A stretch of 64,000 nucleotides of DNA from Candidatus Obscuribacteraceae bacterium (GCA_044229845.1 JBGASG010000003.1:224001-288000), one strand, 5' to 3'. Positions 1-9,672 are shown, numbered from the stretch's first letter. Made by a program: numbers and translations. Notes: generated by a model from the sequence alone, not told the origin.

Positions 1-3000
1 GCCTGTGATCGGATCGATGCGCAGACCTTCTATAGGTTTGCCGTTGGCATCCAACCGTATACCGTCGATAGGTTTGCCGGTAGCGGGATCTATTCGTACG
101 AAACCGTCACGTCCACCGATTTCCAGACGCGCACCGGGCGGAAGCGGTCCGGCGATACCGGACATTTCACCGCGCAACACCATGCCATCGTGTTTGCCAC
201 CAGGAAAATCGAAAATCGGTTTTCCAGTGACAGGATCCAGCATCGGTCGACCAGTGGTCGGATCCATGCGGAGAACAGCGCCATCACGGCCGATTCCAAC
301 CACGCCGGCGTCCTTGCCGCCGATCACGACGCCATCTTTACCGATGATGACACCATCTTTGCCGGTCAGCGAGACACCCACCTCACCACGGCCGGTGCCA
401 GGCGCCATCGGCAACCCTGTGCCACCAACTTTGGTGAACACCGTGCCCATCGAATCGATCATGCCGTCGCGGTTGAGTCCGGAGAATACCGGCTTGCCGC
501 CTGCATTGACCAGCACGCCTTTTTCATCCAGGTGCATACCGCCTGCGGCCAGAACTGATGCTGCAAATCGGTTGCCTGAGCTATCAGTGACGACTCCTCC
601 GGCAGTCTTCTCAAGGAAATCGAGACGTCTGCCGGCTTGTTCCCATTTCGCTTGTTCAGCCGGCGATGAGGCGGAAAGTACATGCTTAGCGATTTCTTCG
701 CGCATTTGGTCGATGGTCAGCGGCTTGCCGCCGGCTGCTCCGCCATCAGCGGCTCCCCTGCCGTCGGGTCCACCTTTGCCGTCACCCTTGACACCCTGTG
801 CGGCACCATTGACGTCCGCAAGGGCCGCCTGCAATTTGGCCTTCTCGGCGTCGGAGCCCTTGGTGAGCTGCAACATCTGCTCACGAGCCATGATTTCTCG
901 TTGCAGACCTTCAATTCTAGTCTGCGATTCTTTCACTACAGCATCACGCGCCTTGGCGTCAGCAATAAGGGCGTCAGCTGTCGGCGGTCCCTTGTCTGGT
1001 TTGGCGACCACGACCGGTTGATCAGTTCCGCCCGTTCCTTTCTGGTCGACTTTGACTTCTTTTCCTGGCGTGCCCGGGGTGCCACCAGCTACAGCGTCGA
1101 CAACTTTCGGCGCCTCGACTCTGAGTTTTTCCGCCCCATCGCGGGTGCGGGTATCACCGGCAGGAGCCGTTACGATACCACCAGGGTTTTCAACCAGCTT
1201 GGTATAGGCATTTCGGATCGCGCCATCGTCAGCACCCTTCGTTTCTTTAAAATAGGTATTGACGGTTTCGGGAGGCAGAGTAGAGAGATACTTAGCCTTC
1301 TCCTCCGGCGTTTTATAGGTATCTAGTTTGGTTTGTATTTCAGCTGACGTCGGCGGCTTCGCCGAGCTGTCTGTACCGGCACCCACTCCATTGTTACCTG
1401 TATCCCCTTTTGCGGGTTTCTCAGGGACGATGGTGGCAGCGCCGACAGTATCTTTGTAATCGGTGATCGCCTTCGACAATCCAGCTTGGACGCCTGAAGC
1501 AATATCCGGGTTCAACTTAATGTACTTATCGGCAAACTGTTGTGCACCATGATCTCCGGTCACAGCCGCGTTGGCGGCGGCATTGGTCACCACCTGGGTG
1601 ACACCTTGCGCTTTCTCGGCCGCAGTCAAGTTCGGATTGTCTTTAATGGCTTGAATTCTGCTCTCTGACACTACCGGGTCGAACTTAACTGGAGTCGGAG
1701 CACCGCCATTGGCTTGGGATGCCTGATAGAGATCCAGCACCTTGCCGCCTTTGTCGGTAGCAACGGAGCTGACGATGCCTTTGTTCACATCGGGAGCAAT
1801 TGCGGTTATAGAGTTCAGATAGTCAACCCGAGCTTTATCGTCAGGAAGCCCAGTCAGTCTGGTATTGATATCCGCTTTGAGCGCTTTTTCGTACTCCGAC
1901 TTGGCTCCGCCTGACAGTGTGGGAATCACGCTTGATACCAGACTTTGCTGACTTTTGTCACCGGAAGTAGCAAGTTGCGCTATGTAGGCACCCTGCTGTT
2001 CAGGCGTCATGGTCTTCAATTTCTCTTGCAATGCTGCCGGTGTCAGAGCTTCGACACGCGGTGTATTGCTGAGCAATTGAGCAGCTTCCATAGCGCGGGT
2101 GGTGTCTTTGTAGGTGTCTAGAGCGCTGCCCTGCAACTTATCTACGTACGGCTTCACGGCTGCGATGCCGTCTGCCGAGGTGGAAAGCGAAGCAAGATAC
2201 TTCGCTTGCGCATTAGTATCATTTCCGAAGGTCTTAAGCTGAGCCTCAATTGTGGCGGCGCTGAGAGCGGGATCTGCCGGCTTAGGAACCACATGCGTTT
2301 CGAGAGGCGCGATTTGCTGCTCGCGCTGATCTCGCCGTGCACTTAAATCCACAGGCGCAGCGGGAGCACCCGGGACCGGGACAGTAGTGCCTTCTTTCGG
2401 AGGCACAGTGGTGCCAAGTTGGCGAGCCAGGGTCAGGTCGGACTGATCAACTAGTCCTTTTTGAACCAATGGATTGAGGGCTTCGGTGCGGGCTGCGGTG
2501 CGGGCAGCCAGATCTTGCGGAGATACGGGTCCTGTTTCGGTTGGTCCAGTGCCCGGCTTGGTCTGCGTGTGGTCACCGGTGGGAGGAACTACCGGCGCAC
2601 CATCTCTAATTTTTCCGAACTTATCCACAACTTCGCTTTGAGTGCTGCCATCTCCGGACGAGACATGTCCAAGAATGGTGGCACGCGCCTGTTCCAACTT
2701 AGCGCGCTGGTCATTGGCCGCGAGGACAGCCGGGTCGCTGCCGGCTGGTAGATTTTTGACATCCGTGGCCGGCGGTCTGACACCACCTTGCTCCGTCGCC
2801 GCAGGCTGACCGGCTCTGATCAATTCGGTGAGAGCCTGTCCATAAGACTGTTTGCCGGCGGCATCCAGCTTGGCAATTTCACCTTGCACTTCGGCGCGGT
2901 ATTGCGGTCCCATGTTGCTGACTTGGGCTAGGTACTGAGCGCGCGCGACCGGGTCGTCTTTGAATTTTTCGAGGTTGGCGGCAATGTCTTTTTTGGCGGC

Positions 3001-5412
3001 TTCGGTGAGCGGAGTCGTGGCACCGCCAGCGACATCAGTTGTACCGGCCAAACGCTTTGCTTCAATCTGAGCCGGAGTGAGCGGCGGGTTGGCTTGCAGG
3101 TCGCCTGTCGTCGGCATCCCTTGGCGGTTCTCAGCCGCGGTTGCAGGTACCGGAACTCCAGGCGAGTCAGCCGTCACCAGCATCAATTTGCCATCTGGTC
3201 CCTTCACCACCTTCGGTGCGTGGCTGTCGGCGGCAGGAATGGTAGTTGCAGGCAGAACAGTTTCGACAGGCGCTACCGGCTTTGCCTGTTCAAAGCTTTG
3301 AATCGGCTTGCCTTCTTTGTCATAAGTCTGAATCGGCTGCCCTGCCGTATCGAGCGGCGGAATCTGTTTGCCCGAGGTGGCATCAAATCTAGGTGGTACC
3401 ACCTGCCCGCTGGCGTCATACGTTGGAATCGGGTTTGGCTGAACCGCTTGCTCGAAACTCTGAATCGGTTTGCCGTCTTTGTCGAATGTCTGGACCGGTT
3501 TTCCTTCAGCATCCAGAGGGGCGATTTGCCGCCCACTCGTGGTGTCATAGCTGGCTGGAATGGGCTGTCCGGTCGAATCAAAGGTTTGAATCGGAGCAGG
3601 CTGAACGACCGCCGTATCGGTTACCGGTACTGTAGCACCTGAGGTGGTGTCACCTGGAACCGCTTGAGTTTGAGCGTAATCGATTGCAGCCTGCAGTTGC
3701 TCCGGCGTGGCGTTTTTCTGCCAGTCGGCGAGGTTGTTCGAGTTCAAGCCATTCAGGAAGCTGTAGTCGTTAGCAGCCACTTTGTCGCGATAACCGAAGT
3801 AGCCATTCAAATCTTCCGGGGATGCGGTGGCAAACCAATCAGATTGCGCTTCGTTGCTGAGCCGATCCACATAGCTGAAATCGCCGGCCGCCTGGCGATT
3901 TTTATAGTCCATGTACTTATTGAAGTCTTCATCTGATGAATTGACGATGAAATCGCTGCGGTTGGCTGGATTGAGGCGATCTACATAACTGTAATCACCG
4001 GCAGCTTTGCGCTCGGTGTAGTTGAGGTAGGAGTTGAATTCTTCATCGGTGGAGTTGGTGATGAAGTTTGTGTAGTTGGCGTCGTTCAGCTTTTCGGTGA
4101 AGCTGTAATCGCCGGCATTGATTTTGTCTTTGTAGTTGACATAAGCGTTCCAGTCGGCATCGCTGGCATTCAGTAGAAAGTCGTCCTGATTTGCCTGACT
4201 CTCCTTATCCAGGAAGGAGTAGTCGCCGGCGTCAATCTTGTTTTGATAGTTGACGTATTTGATGAAGTCGTCGGTGGACGAATTGACGAGCCAGTCAGTC
4301 TTAGCGTCTGGCGGCAATTTATTGACAAAGCTGTAATCGCCGTTGGCAATCTTGTCTTTGTAGTTCTGATAGCCCTGGAATTCAGCATCGCTGGAGTTCA
4401 TCATCCAGTCGGCTTTCGCTTCCGGCGTCATCTTATCGACATAGTCGAAGTTGCCGGCCGCTGTATTGTCCAAATATTTCCGGTAGGCGTTCCACTCGGC
4501 GTCACTGGAGGTCTCGATGAAATTCATCAGATCGTCATTCGACATGTTGTTGACGAAGCTATAGTCGCCGGCCTGTTTGCGCTCTTCAAAGTTCCAGTAC
4601 GCCTCAAAGTCAGGCGTGCTGCTGGTGGCCATCCACTGGGCGCGGTTTTCGGGGCTGAGTTTGTCGACGAAGTTGTAGTTGCCGTTGGCAATGTTGCTCT
4701 CGTAGTTGGCATATGCAGCCAGGTCTTGCGGGCTGGCCGTCGACTTCCACTGTTGATACTGCTCTTCCGTCATCGTGTTGACGTAGCCGTAGTCTCCAGC
4801 TTGCTTGCGCTGCGTGTAGGCTTCGTACTCTTTCATCACCTGAGCGTATTCAGGGTTGGTTCGATACTCTTTTGCAACTTCGGTATCGGTGGCGAACATC
4901 GCATCGAGGTCGCTGTAATCACCTTTCGCGTGGCGGGCATTGAGTTCCGTTTGGCGGGCGGCATAAGATGCCTGGTTGGCGGTCAGGGACGCGAGAAGCG
5001 TCGCGTCCCCACCGGCTGCAGCAATCTGGGCGGCGCTCAACTCCGGAGAAACGATGGCGCCCGGAAGCAGATCGGGCTTGCCGGCCAAGCTGGCGGGCAG
5101 CGGATTAACGGCGAGCGAGAGGTCGGCAGCATTCAGGGTGCCGATGTTTTTGTTAGCCAGGTCGGTCGGCAGAGCCGTGCCGGTCAAGTCGAAGTCGGTA
5201 ACAAACGGCAGCGCACCGAATTGCTGAGCATTCAGCGACAGCGTGAACGCTTCCTGGTTGGCCGGGTCAGCTCCGTCGGCGTCTGAGTGCAACGTCTCTG
5301 AGGTCTGGTCGTCCTCTGTCGTCGTCGCATTCGGGTCGTCGGTAGCGTCAGCTGCCGGGTCAGTTGTTTTCTTCTTGCTGGGATCTTCAGGAGCGTCTGT
5401 TACTGGGGCCAT
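1..5412 (-). CDS. Giant repeat-rich hypothetical protein (>1804 aa, 3' end beyond the left edge of the window)
   Basis: Translated by hand: ATG at 5412 with GGAG SD upstream (gtggagttcaaaccATG), and no in-frame stop down to base 1. It starts MAPVTDAPEDPSKKKTTDPAAD and contains several repeat families. It is absent from the ORF track, probably because it has no stop in the window. Confidence 0.92.
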   Translation of the reverse strand, partial: MAPVTDAPEDPSKKKTTDPAADATDDPNATTTEDDQTSETLHSDADGADPANQEAFTLSLNAQQFGALPFVTDFDLTGTALPTDLANKNIGTLNAADLSLAVNPLPASLAGKPDLLPGAIVSPELSAAQIAAAGGDATLLASLTANQASYAARQTELNARHAKGDYSDLDAMFATDTEVAKEYRTNPEYAQVMKEYEAYTQRKQAGDYGYVNTMTEEQYQQWKSTASPQDLAAYANYESNIANGNYNFVDKLSPENRAQWMATSSTPDFEAYWNFEERKQAGDYSFVNNMSNDDLMNFIETSSDAEWNAYRKYLDNTAAGNFDYVDKMTPEAKADWMMNSSDAEFQGYQNYKDKIANGDYSFVNKLPPDAKTDWLVNSSTDDFIKYVNYQNKIDAGDYSFLDKESQANQDDFLLNASDADWNAYVNYKDKINAGDYSFTEKLNDANYTNFITNSTDEEFNSYLNYTERKAAGDYSYVDRLNPANRSDFIVNSSDEDFNKYMDYKNRQAAGDFSYVDRLSNEAQSDWFATASPEDLNGYFGYRDKVAANDYSFLNGLNSNNLADWQKNATPEQLQAAIDYAQTQAVPGDTTSGATVPVTDTAVVQPAPIQTFDSTGQPIPASYDTTSGRQIAPLDAEGKPVQTFDKDGKPIQSFEQAVQPNPIPTYDASGQVVPPRFDATSGKQIPPLDTAGQPIQTYDKEGKPIQSFEQAKPVAPVETVLPATTIPAADSHAPKVVKGPDGKLMLVTADSPGVPVPATAAENRQGMPTTGDLQANPPLTPAQIEAKRLAGTTDVAGGATTPLTEAAKKDIAANLEKFKDDPVARAQYLAQVSNMGPQYRAEVQGEIAKLDAAGKQSYGQALTELIRAGQPAATEQGGVRPPATDVKNLPAGSDPAVLAANDQRAKLEQARATILGHVSSGDGSTQSEVVDKFGKIRDGAPVVPPTGDHTQTKPGTGPTETGPVSPQDLAARTAARTEALNPLVQKGLVDQSDLTLARQLGTTVPPKEGTTVPVPGAPAAPVDLSARRDQREQQIAPLETHVVPKPADPALSAATIEAQLKTFGNDTNAQAKYLASLSTSADGIAAVKPYVDKLQGSALDTYKDTTRAMEAAQLLSNTPRVEALTPAALQEKLKTMTPEQQGAYIAQLATSGDKSQQSLVSSVIPTLSGGAKSEYEKALKADINTRLTGLPDDKARVDYLNSITAIAPDVNKGIVSSVATDKGGKVLDLYQASQANGGAPTPVKFDPVVSESRIQAIKDNPNLTAAEKAQGVTQVVTNAAANAAVTGDHGAQQFADKYIKLNPDIASGVQAGLSKAITDYKDTVGAATIVPEKPAKGDTGNNGVGAGTDSSAKPPTSAEIQTKLDTYKTPEEKAKYLSTLPPETVNTYFKETKGADDGAIRNAYTKLVENPGGIVTAPAGDTRTRDGAEKLRVEAPKVVDAVAGGTPGTPGKEVKVDQKGTGGTDQPVVVAKPDKGPPTADALIADAKARDAVVKESQTRIEGLQREIMAREQMLQLTKGSDAEKAKLQAALADVNGAAQGVKGDGKGGPDGRGAADGGAAGGKPLTIDQMREEIAKHVLSASSPAEQAKWEQAGRRLDFLEKTAGGVVTDSSGNRFAASVLAAGGMHLDEKGVLVNAGGKPVFSGLNRDGMIDSMGTVFTKVGGTGLPMAPGTGRGEVGVSLTGKDGVIIGKDGVVIGGKDAGVVGIGRDGAVLRMDPTTGRPMLDPVTGKPIFDFPGGKHDGMVLRGEMSGIAGPLPPGARLEIGGRDGFVRIDPATGKPIDGIRLDANGKPIEGLRIDPITG
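3283..3606 (-). repeat. Coding tandem duplication, 2 x 54 aa
   Basis: VQPAPIQTFDSTGQPIPASYDTTSGRQIAPLDAEGKPVQTFDKDGKPIQSFEQA followed by VQPNPIPTYDASGQVVPPRFDATSGKQIPPLDTAGQPIQTYDKEGKPIQSFEQA, offset 162 nt. Confidence 0.92.
3660..4923 (-). repeat. Coding tandem repeat with a 38-aa (114-nt) period, 10 units plus one degenerate unit
   Basis: The first codon of the G(D/N)(Y/F) motif falls at 4795, 4681, 4567, 4453, 4339, 4225, 4111, 3997, 3883 and 3769 (N in the last unit), exactly 114 nt apart. A looser unit lies at 4921. Confidence 0.95.
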
Positions 5413-5612
5413 GGTTTGAACTCCACGCGAATTGGCTTCAGGCCTTAGAACTCTAGTAATTACCTACCCTTCTCTTTACATTCTTAATAAACGGAATGAT
5501 TAAATCTGCAGCCGCTCTTATGAGCGGCGACAGGTTTGAGGGGAGTGTGGGGATGCCTGGGGTGTAGTTCGGTCGTTCGGTCGTTGCGGGAAGTACCGGG
5601 GGTGTCGGTTTC

Positions 5613-5636
5613 AAAAGGACCGGGGGGTCCCCGGTC
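5613..5636 (-). terminator. Possible weak intrinsic terminator after the LysM gene
   Basis: 8-bp stem gaccgggg/ccccggtc overlapping the stop codon, followed by CTTTT on the minus strand. Confidence 0.4.
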
Positions 5637-8600
5637 AGGGTCGGGGCGCGCCCGCTGTCGAGGCAAACTTGTCACAGTAGACTCGCCAGTTGGACGTGAT
5701 GTCGTTTTCGGCCAGTTCCTTAGCGGCTTGCGGGGGCAAGTCGATGCGCACGGTGCGGCGGGAGCCGTCCGCGTTATACTCGTGGCGCAGAGCCACGTCT
5801 TCAAAAATTTCGTAACCGAGGACGGGCAGCCAGTAAGTGCCGGTGAGGCGCATTTCCAGTCGCAGCTTCAGTCCGTGCAGTTCTACCTCGCCGTGGCGAG
5901 ACACGCGCACTTGTTCGGATATCTGAACGGTGTCGGTTGGACCTTCGTCGACGCTGGCCGCAATTTGGGTTGTTGGTCCGTCACCACTGGTGGTGTCAGA
6001 ACGAACAACGCGAGTGCGATCATCCCGCATCATCGGCTGAGTTTCCGGGCCCGAGGTCGCCGCCGACGGAGATACCGGCTCGGTAGCCGCGCCACCACCT
6101 GCGAGGGCACCGGCAGCAGCCGCCGGTCGCGTTTGTGCTACCGTATTTGGTGCGAGTTTCACTTCCTCATCAAACGATCTGAAGCAGCCGGGACAGATGC
6201 TGGCACTAGCTATGGTGGCACGCCCGCAGCCACCGCAGTTTTTGGTCTTCAGATCGTGCGGCCCGCTGGCATAAACATTGGTCTTGCGATCGCCGCCGAC
6301 AGTCCTGGCCTTATAGGCAGCCACTTCCTCCGCGGTCGGAATGGCGATAGTCATGCCCCGGCGCAGAGCCGCCTGCGGAACACCCTTCTCATCCGTACGG
6401 GCGGTCATGTCGTTCACTTCGGCCAATAACTTCCAAAGTCCTACATCTTGCAGAAGCGGATGTTTCATAGACACCGACTTAAGCGTGTCACCCAGGCGCA
6501 CGACATAAGTGCTGCGACTGCCGGCTTCCTGCTTGGCGCCGCTCAGCGGTCCGAGCAACTTCTCGATGTTCTCGCGGCGCTTCTTAGCCGCAGCTACCGC
6601 ATCGGCAGCCAGATCTTCGAGATCTTCCCCGGTGGCTGCGGGCGCATTTTTGCCGCCCTGCTCGCCGTCCCAGTTCTCGCCGAACTTGGCAGTCAGTTCC
6701 TCTTCAGCGGTGAGTTTCTTGCTGGCTTCTCCGAAATCGAGTTTGACACCGCCGCCCGCTACCAGACGTCCACGGAATTCGCGAATTTCTTGAGTGGTAG
6801 GCAGCCAGATAACCATCTTCGGACGCAGCGCCACCACATCACGACCTTTGCGCTGGATGACGGGAATCACTTCTTTATTGATCTCATAGATCAAAGCAGC
6901 CAGACGTTTGTCACGCAGCATCTTGCTGGCGATGCTCTCCAGTGTGTCGCCTTCCTTGACGATGTACTTGGTGCGACGTTCGGGCTCCTTCTTGTCTTTT
7001 TCTTGAGCCTTCTCCTGCTCTTCCTTTTCCTTCAATTCCTGACGTTTCTTGGCGGCGATCAAAGCTGCCAGTGCGGCATCCTTTGCTTGTTGTTCTTCCT
7101 TGTCCAGACGAGCTTCCTCCTCCTCTTCCTCTTTCTTCTTCTTCTGCTTAGCCTGCTCTTCTTCGAGCGCCTTCATGGCGGCAGCCGATTGTTCTTTGGC
7201 CGTTGCCATATCTAAAGGATTGAGAGGATTGAGCCCGACATCTTTGATGCCGGCCAAGGAGGGGTCGACGCGCATGCCCAGCTGTCCCAGCGCGGCAGCC
7301 ATATCCGCCTGCGCCTTGGCAGCACCATCGACCTTGATGGCTGTCGGGTCGAGTTTGAGAGCAGCATTGAACTCTTTGCCGCCCAGGATGCCCGCAGTGC
7401 CCGCGTCTTTGAGACCCATGTCGCGAGTAATTTGCGACAGAAGGGTTGAGGCGGCTGCGTCTTTGATCGCCCCTTGATCCAGTTGGCGCACACCCTGAAT
7501 CAATACATCTATTGGTTTGCCTGTCAGTTGTGCCGCCATGCCCAGCTCGGAGGTGCGCAATGTTGTTTGCTGCAAAGCGCTGGGATTGAGTATCTGGTTG
7601 AGCACATCGCGCAGAGCAGGCGTCATATTTTTGCCCATCAGCTCTTGCTGCAATTGCAGCATGCGCACATTCATCGTTTCTCCAGCATTGAGCTTGACGG
7701 CAAACATGTCGCCTCGGACGTCTTTGAGACTCAATTGTCCCGGCAGAAGTCCCAGTTCGGCAGCCAGTCGTCCGTCTTGCATACGGCGGCCCATGATGTC
7801 GGCCACTGTCAGCCCTTCGCCCGGTTTCAATCCCAGTTGAGTATTCAGATCCTTGAGGATCTTGTTGAGTTCGAGGAAGAAGGCTTTGCCGCCCTCGCCG
7901 GTAAGTCCCTTATCCAGAGCCTGCTGATTGACCTTCAGGAAGTCGGTCAGGCGTTCGAACGGCGATCTCGGCACGCCACCATCGGCGGTGGTGCGTCCTT
8001 GCATCAGATCCATAAAGTTAGCCAGCTTCTGTTGCTGCAGCGCGTCCAGTTTACCCAGCCCTTGCGGATTGTCCAGTAACTGCTTGAGGGAGATGCCGGA
8101 CTTGTCCAGTCCGAGATCTTTCAGGATGTCAGCCATGCGCTGTCCATTAGGACCGAGTGCATCGAGCTTGCCGGCTTGAATTTTGCTCATCGCATCGAGC
8201 ATTTGCGCGCGCAGTTGAGGATTTTGCAGATCCATCTGCAACTGCTGCATGCGCAGCGCTTGCATCTGATCGCCGCCGCCCATACGGTCTTGCATCATCA
8301 TCTTCGCAATGTCTTGCTGCGACAAATTGCGGAAGTCTTGCTGAGTCATCTTGGCAAAATCAGGATTGAACTTGGCGAGATCTTGCTGAGTAAGCCTGCC
8401 GAGGTCGATTTGACGCCCGGTGGCATCGACCAATTTGCCGGTGTCGATCGGTTTGCCGGCGCCGTCCAGAATTACCGGCTTGCCGCTCACATCGACCGGC
8501 TTCACACCTACATCCACCGGCTTGATGCCGCCCGGCAATCCGCCATCGGGGCGGAATGTAGTCGGGTTGACTGTTCTCAAATCTTGAACCAGGTTGCGAA

Positions 8601-9672
8601 CATCATCGCGATTGTTGAAGTTGTAGCCGCCCTGAATCTGTCCACTGGCCTTCAGCTGGTCGAGCACGGCGGTGACACCCTGGGTGTGCCCATCAGCAAA
8701 GGTGAGGTTGCCGGTCTTCGGATCGTACTTGGTGGCACCGGTAGCATCCAAAATGGTCCTGGTGAACTGGTTGCCGCTTGGGTAGACCTGAGTATCGCCA
8801 GGCTTCGGTACGACGACTGGTGTGACTGCAGGTGTGTCTGCTTTCACAACCGGTGTGTCTGCCTTCACTACCGGCGTATCAGCTTTGACGACCGGTGTGG
8901 TGCCTGCCGGCGCGGCGGGAGCCTCGTACTGCACTCCGGAACCTTGCTTCCAGGTGAGACTGGCAGCCGGTTGGTCGGCGCCGGCCTGGAACGAAAGTTT
9001 TTTGTCACTCCTGTCGAACGAGAAAGAGGCGCCGTCCTTGGTGGTATAGACGGTCGTGTCTCCGCGGCGTGTGGACTGGACGCCGGTCAAATCGTGCTGT
9101 GCGGCAAATGCTTGAAACTGCGGTTGTTGAACCAGACCTTTCATCACACGGCTGTCGAGACCCTGTGCGAATGCGGCGACACTGCTGTCCGGCGTTGTGA
9201 CCGCGGCACCATCGCTGGTTGCGGCGCCGGCGGGGGCCTTCTCTGCGCGCACGACTGGAGCGCCGGCGATCGGCTCACCGGTCGATGGCTTGATTGGCGT
9301 GTAAGTCCCGTCGGTATTGACCGTCCAGGCTTCTTTACCGCCACGAGCATAGAAATTGGTCACCCCTTCGGCATTGGTGGTCTCGATGCCGCGCACCTTC
9401 TCGCCATTGATCTGCAATTCGGCTCGGCGTGCCAATCCGACGCCCTCACTGGAAGCGACGTCGGTGCGGAAGCCGGCAATGCGATCTTTCAGCTCGGTGT
9501 TGGAGCCGGGCACCTGATTGGTGGGCAGGTCGGCGCGCAATAGCCCCGCTGCCGTCTCGCCTGCCTGCAGGTCGTTGCCGGTGACGGGCTTGTCACGCCC
9601 GAGCTTCTCCACCTTGTTGGGATCGAGAGAGTCGATGTTGGGAGAACCTGGCTTTTGTTCGAGAGGCGGCAT
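5635..9672 (-). CDS. Large protein with two C-terminal LysM-like domains and a zinc ribbon (~1345 aa)
   Basis: YIVKEGDTLESIA...IYEIN...PKMVIWLP and YVVRLGDTLKSVS...LAEVN...GMTIAIP fit LysM. CGGC..CPGC follows, with a charged coiled coil before the LysMs. ATG at 9672 has a GAGG SD; the track's TTG at 9801 has none. Confidence 0.85.
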   Translation of the reverse strand: MPPLEQKPGSPNIDSLDPNKVEKLGRDKPVTGNDLQAGETAAGLLRADLPTNQVPGSNTELKDRIAGFRTDVASSEGVGLARRAELQINGEKVRGIETTNAEGVTNFYARGGKEAWTVNTDGTYTPIKPSTGEPIAGAPVVRAEKAPAGAATSDGAAVTTPDSSVAAFAQGLDSRVMKGLVQQPQFQAFAAQHDLTGVQSTRRGDTTVYTTKDGASFSFDRSDKKLSFQAGADQPAASLTWKQGSGVQYEAPAAPAGTTPVVKADTPVVKADTPVVKADTPAVTPVVVPKPGDTQVYPSGNQFTRTILDATGATKYDPKTGNLTFADGHTQGVTAVLDQLKASGQIQGGYNFNNRDDVRNLVQDLRTVNPTTFRPDGGLPGGIKPVDVGVKPVDVSGKPVILDGAGKPIDTGKLVDATGRQIDLGRLTQQDLAKFNPDFAKMTQQDFRNLSQQDIAKMMMQDRMGGGDQMQALRMQQLQMDLQNPQLRAQMLDAMSKIQAGKLDALGPNGQRMADILKDLGLDKSGISLKQLLDNPQGLGKLDALQQQKLANFMDLMQGRTTADGGVPRSPFERLTDFLKVNQQALDKGLTGEGGKAFFLELNKILKDLNTQLGLKPGEGLTVADIMGRRMQDGRLAAELGLLPGQLSLKDVRGDMFAVKLNAGETMNVRMLQLQQELMGKNMTPALRDVLNQILNPSALQQTTLRTSELGMAAQLTGKPIDVLIQGVRQLDQGAIKDAAASTLLSQITRDMGLKDAGTAGILGGKEFNAALKLDPTAIKVDGAAKAQADMAAALGQLGMRVDPSLAGIKDVGLNPLNPLDMATAKEQSAAAMKALEEEQAKQKKKKEEEEEEARLDKEEQQAKDAALAALIAAKKRQELKEKEEQEKAQEKDKKEPERRTKYIVKEGDTLESIASKMLRDKRLAALIYEINKEVIPVIQRKGRDVVALRPKMVIWLPTTQEIREFRGRLVAGGGVKLDFGEASKKLTAEEELTAKFGENWDGEQGGKNAPAATGEDLEDLAADAVAAAKKRRENIEKLLGPLSGAKQEAGSRSTYVVRLGDTLKSVSMKHPLLQDVGLWKLLAEVNDMTARTDEKGVPQAALRRGMTIAIPTAEEVAAYKARTVGGDRKTNVYASGPHDLKTKNCGGCGRATIASASICPGCFRSFDEEVKLAPNTVAQTRPAAAAGALAGGGAATEPVSPSAATSGPETQPMMRDDRTRVVRSDTTSGDGPTTQIAASVDEGPTDTVQISEQVRVSRHGEVELHGLKLRLEMRLTGTYWLPVLGYEIFEDVALRHEYNADGSRRTVRIDLPPQAAKELAENDITSNWRVYCDKFASTAGAPRP
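8830..8898 (-). repeat. 21-nt coding tandem repeat (TPVVKAD x3)
   Basis: Translation reads TPVVKADTPVVKADTPVVKADTP. Confidence 0.85.

Noticed and set aside
3660..4923. CRISPR array or non-coding repeat
   Set aside because: The periodicity is at the protein level with diverged codons. There are no identical DNA repeats with unique spacers and no cas genes.
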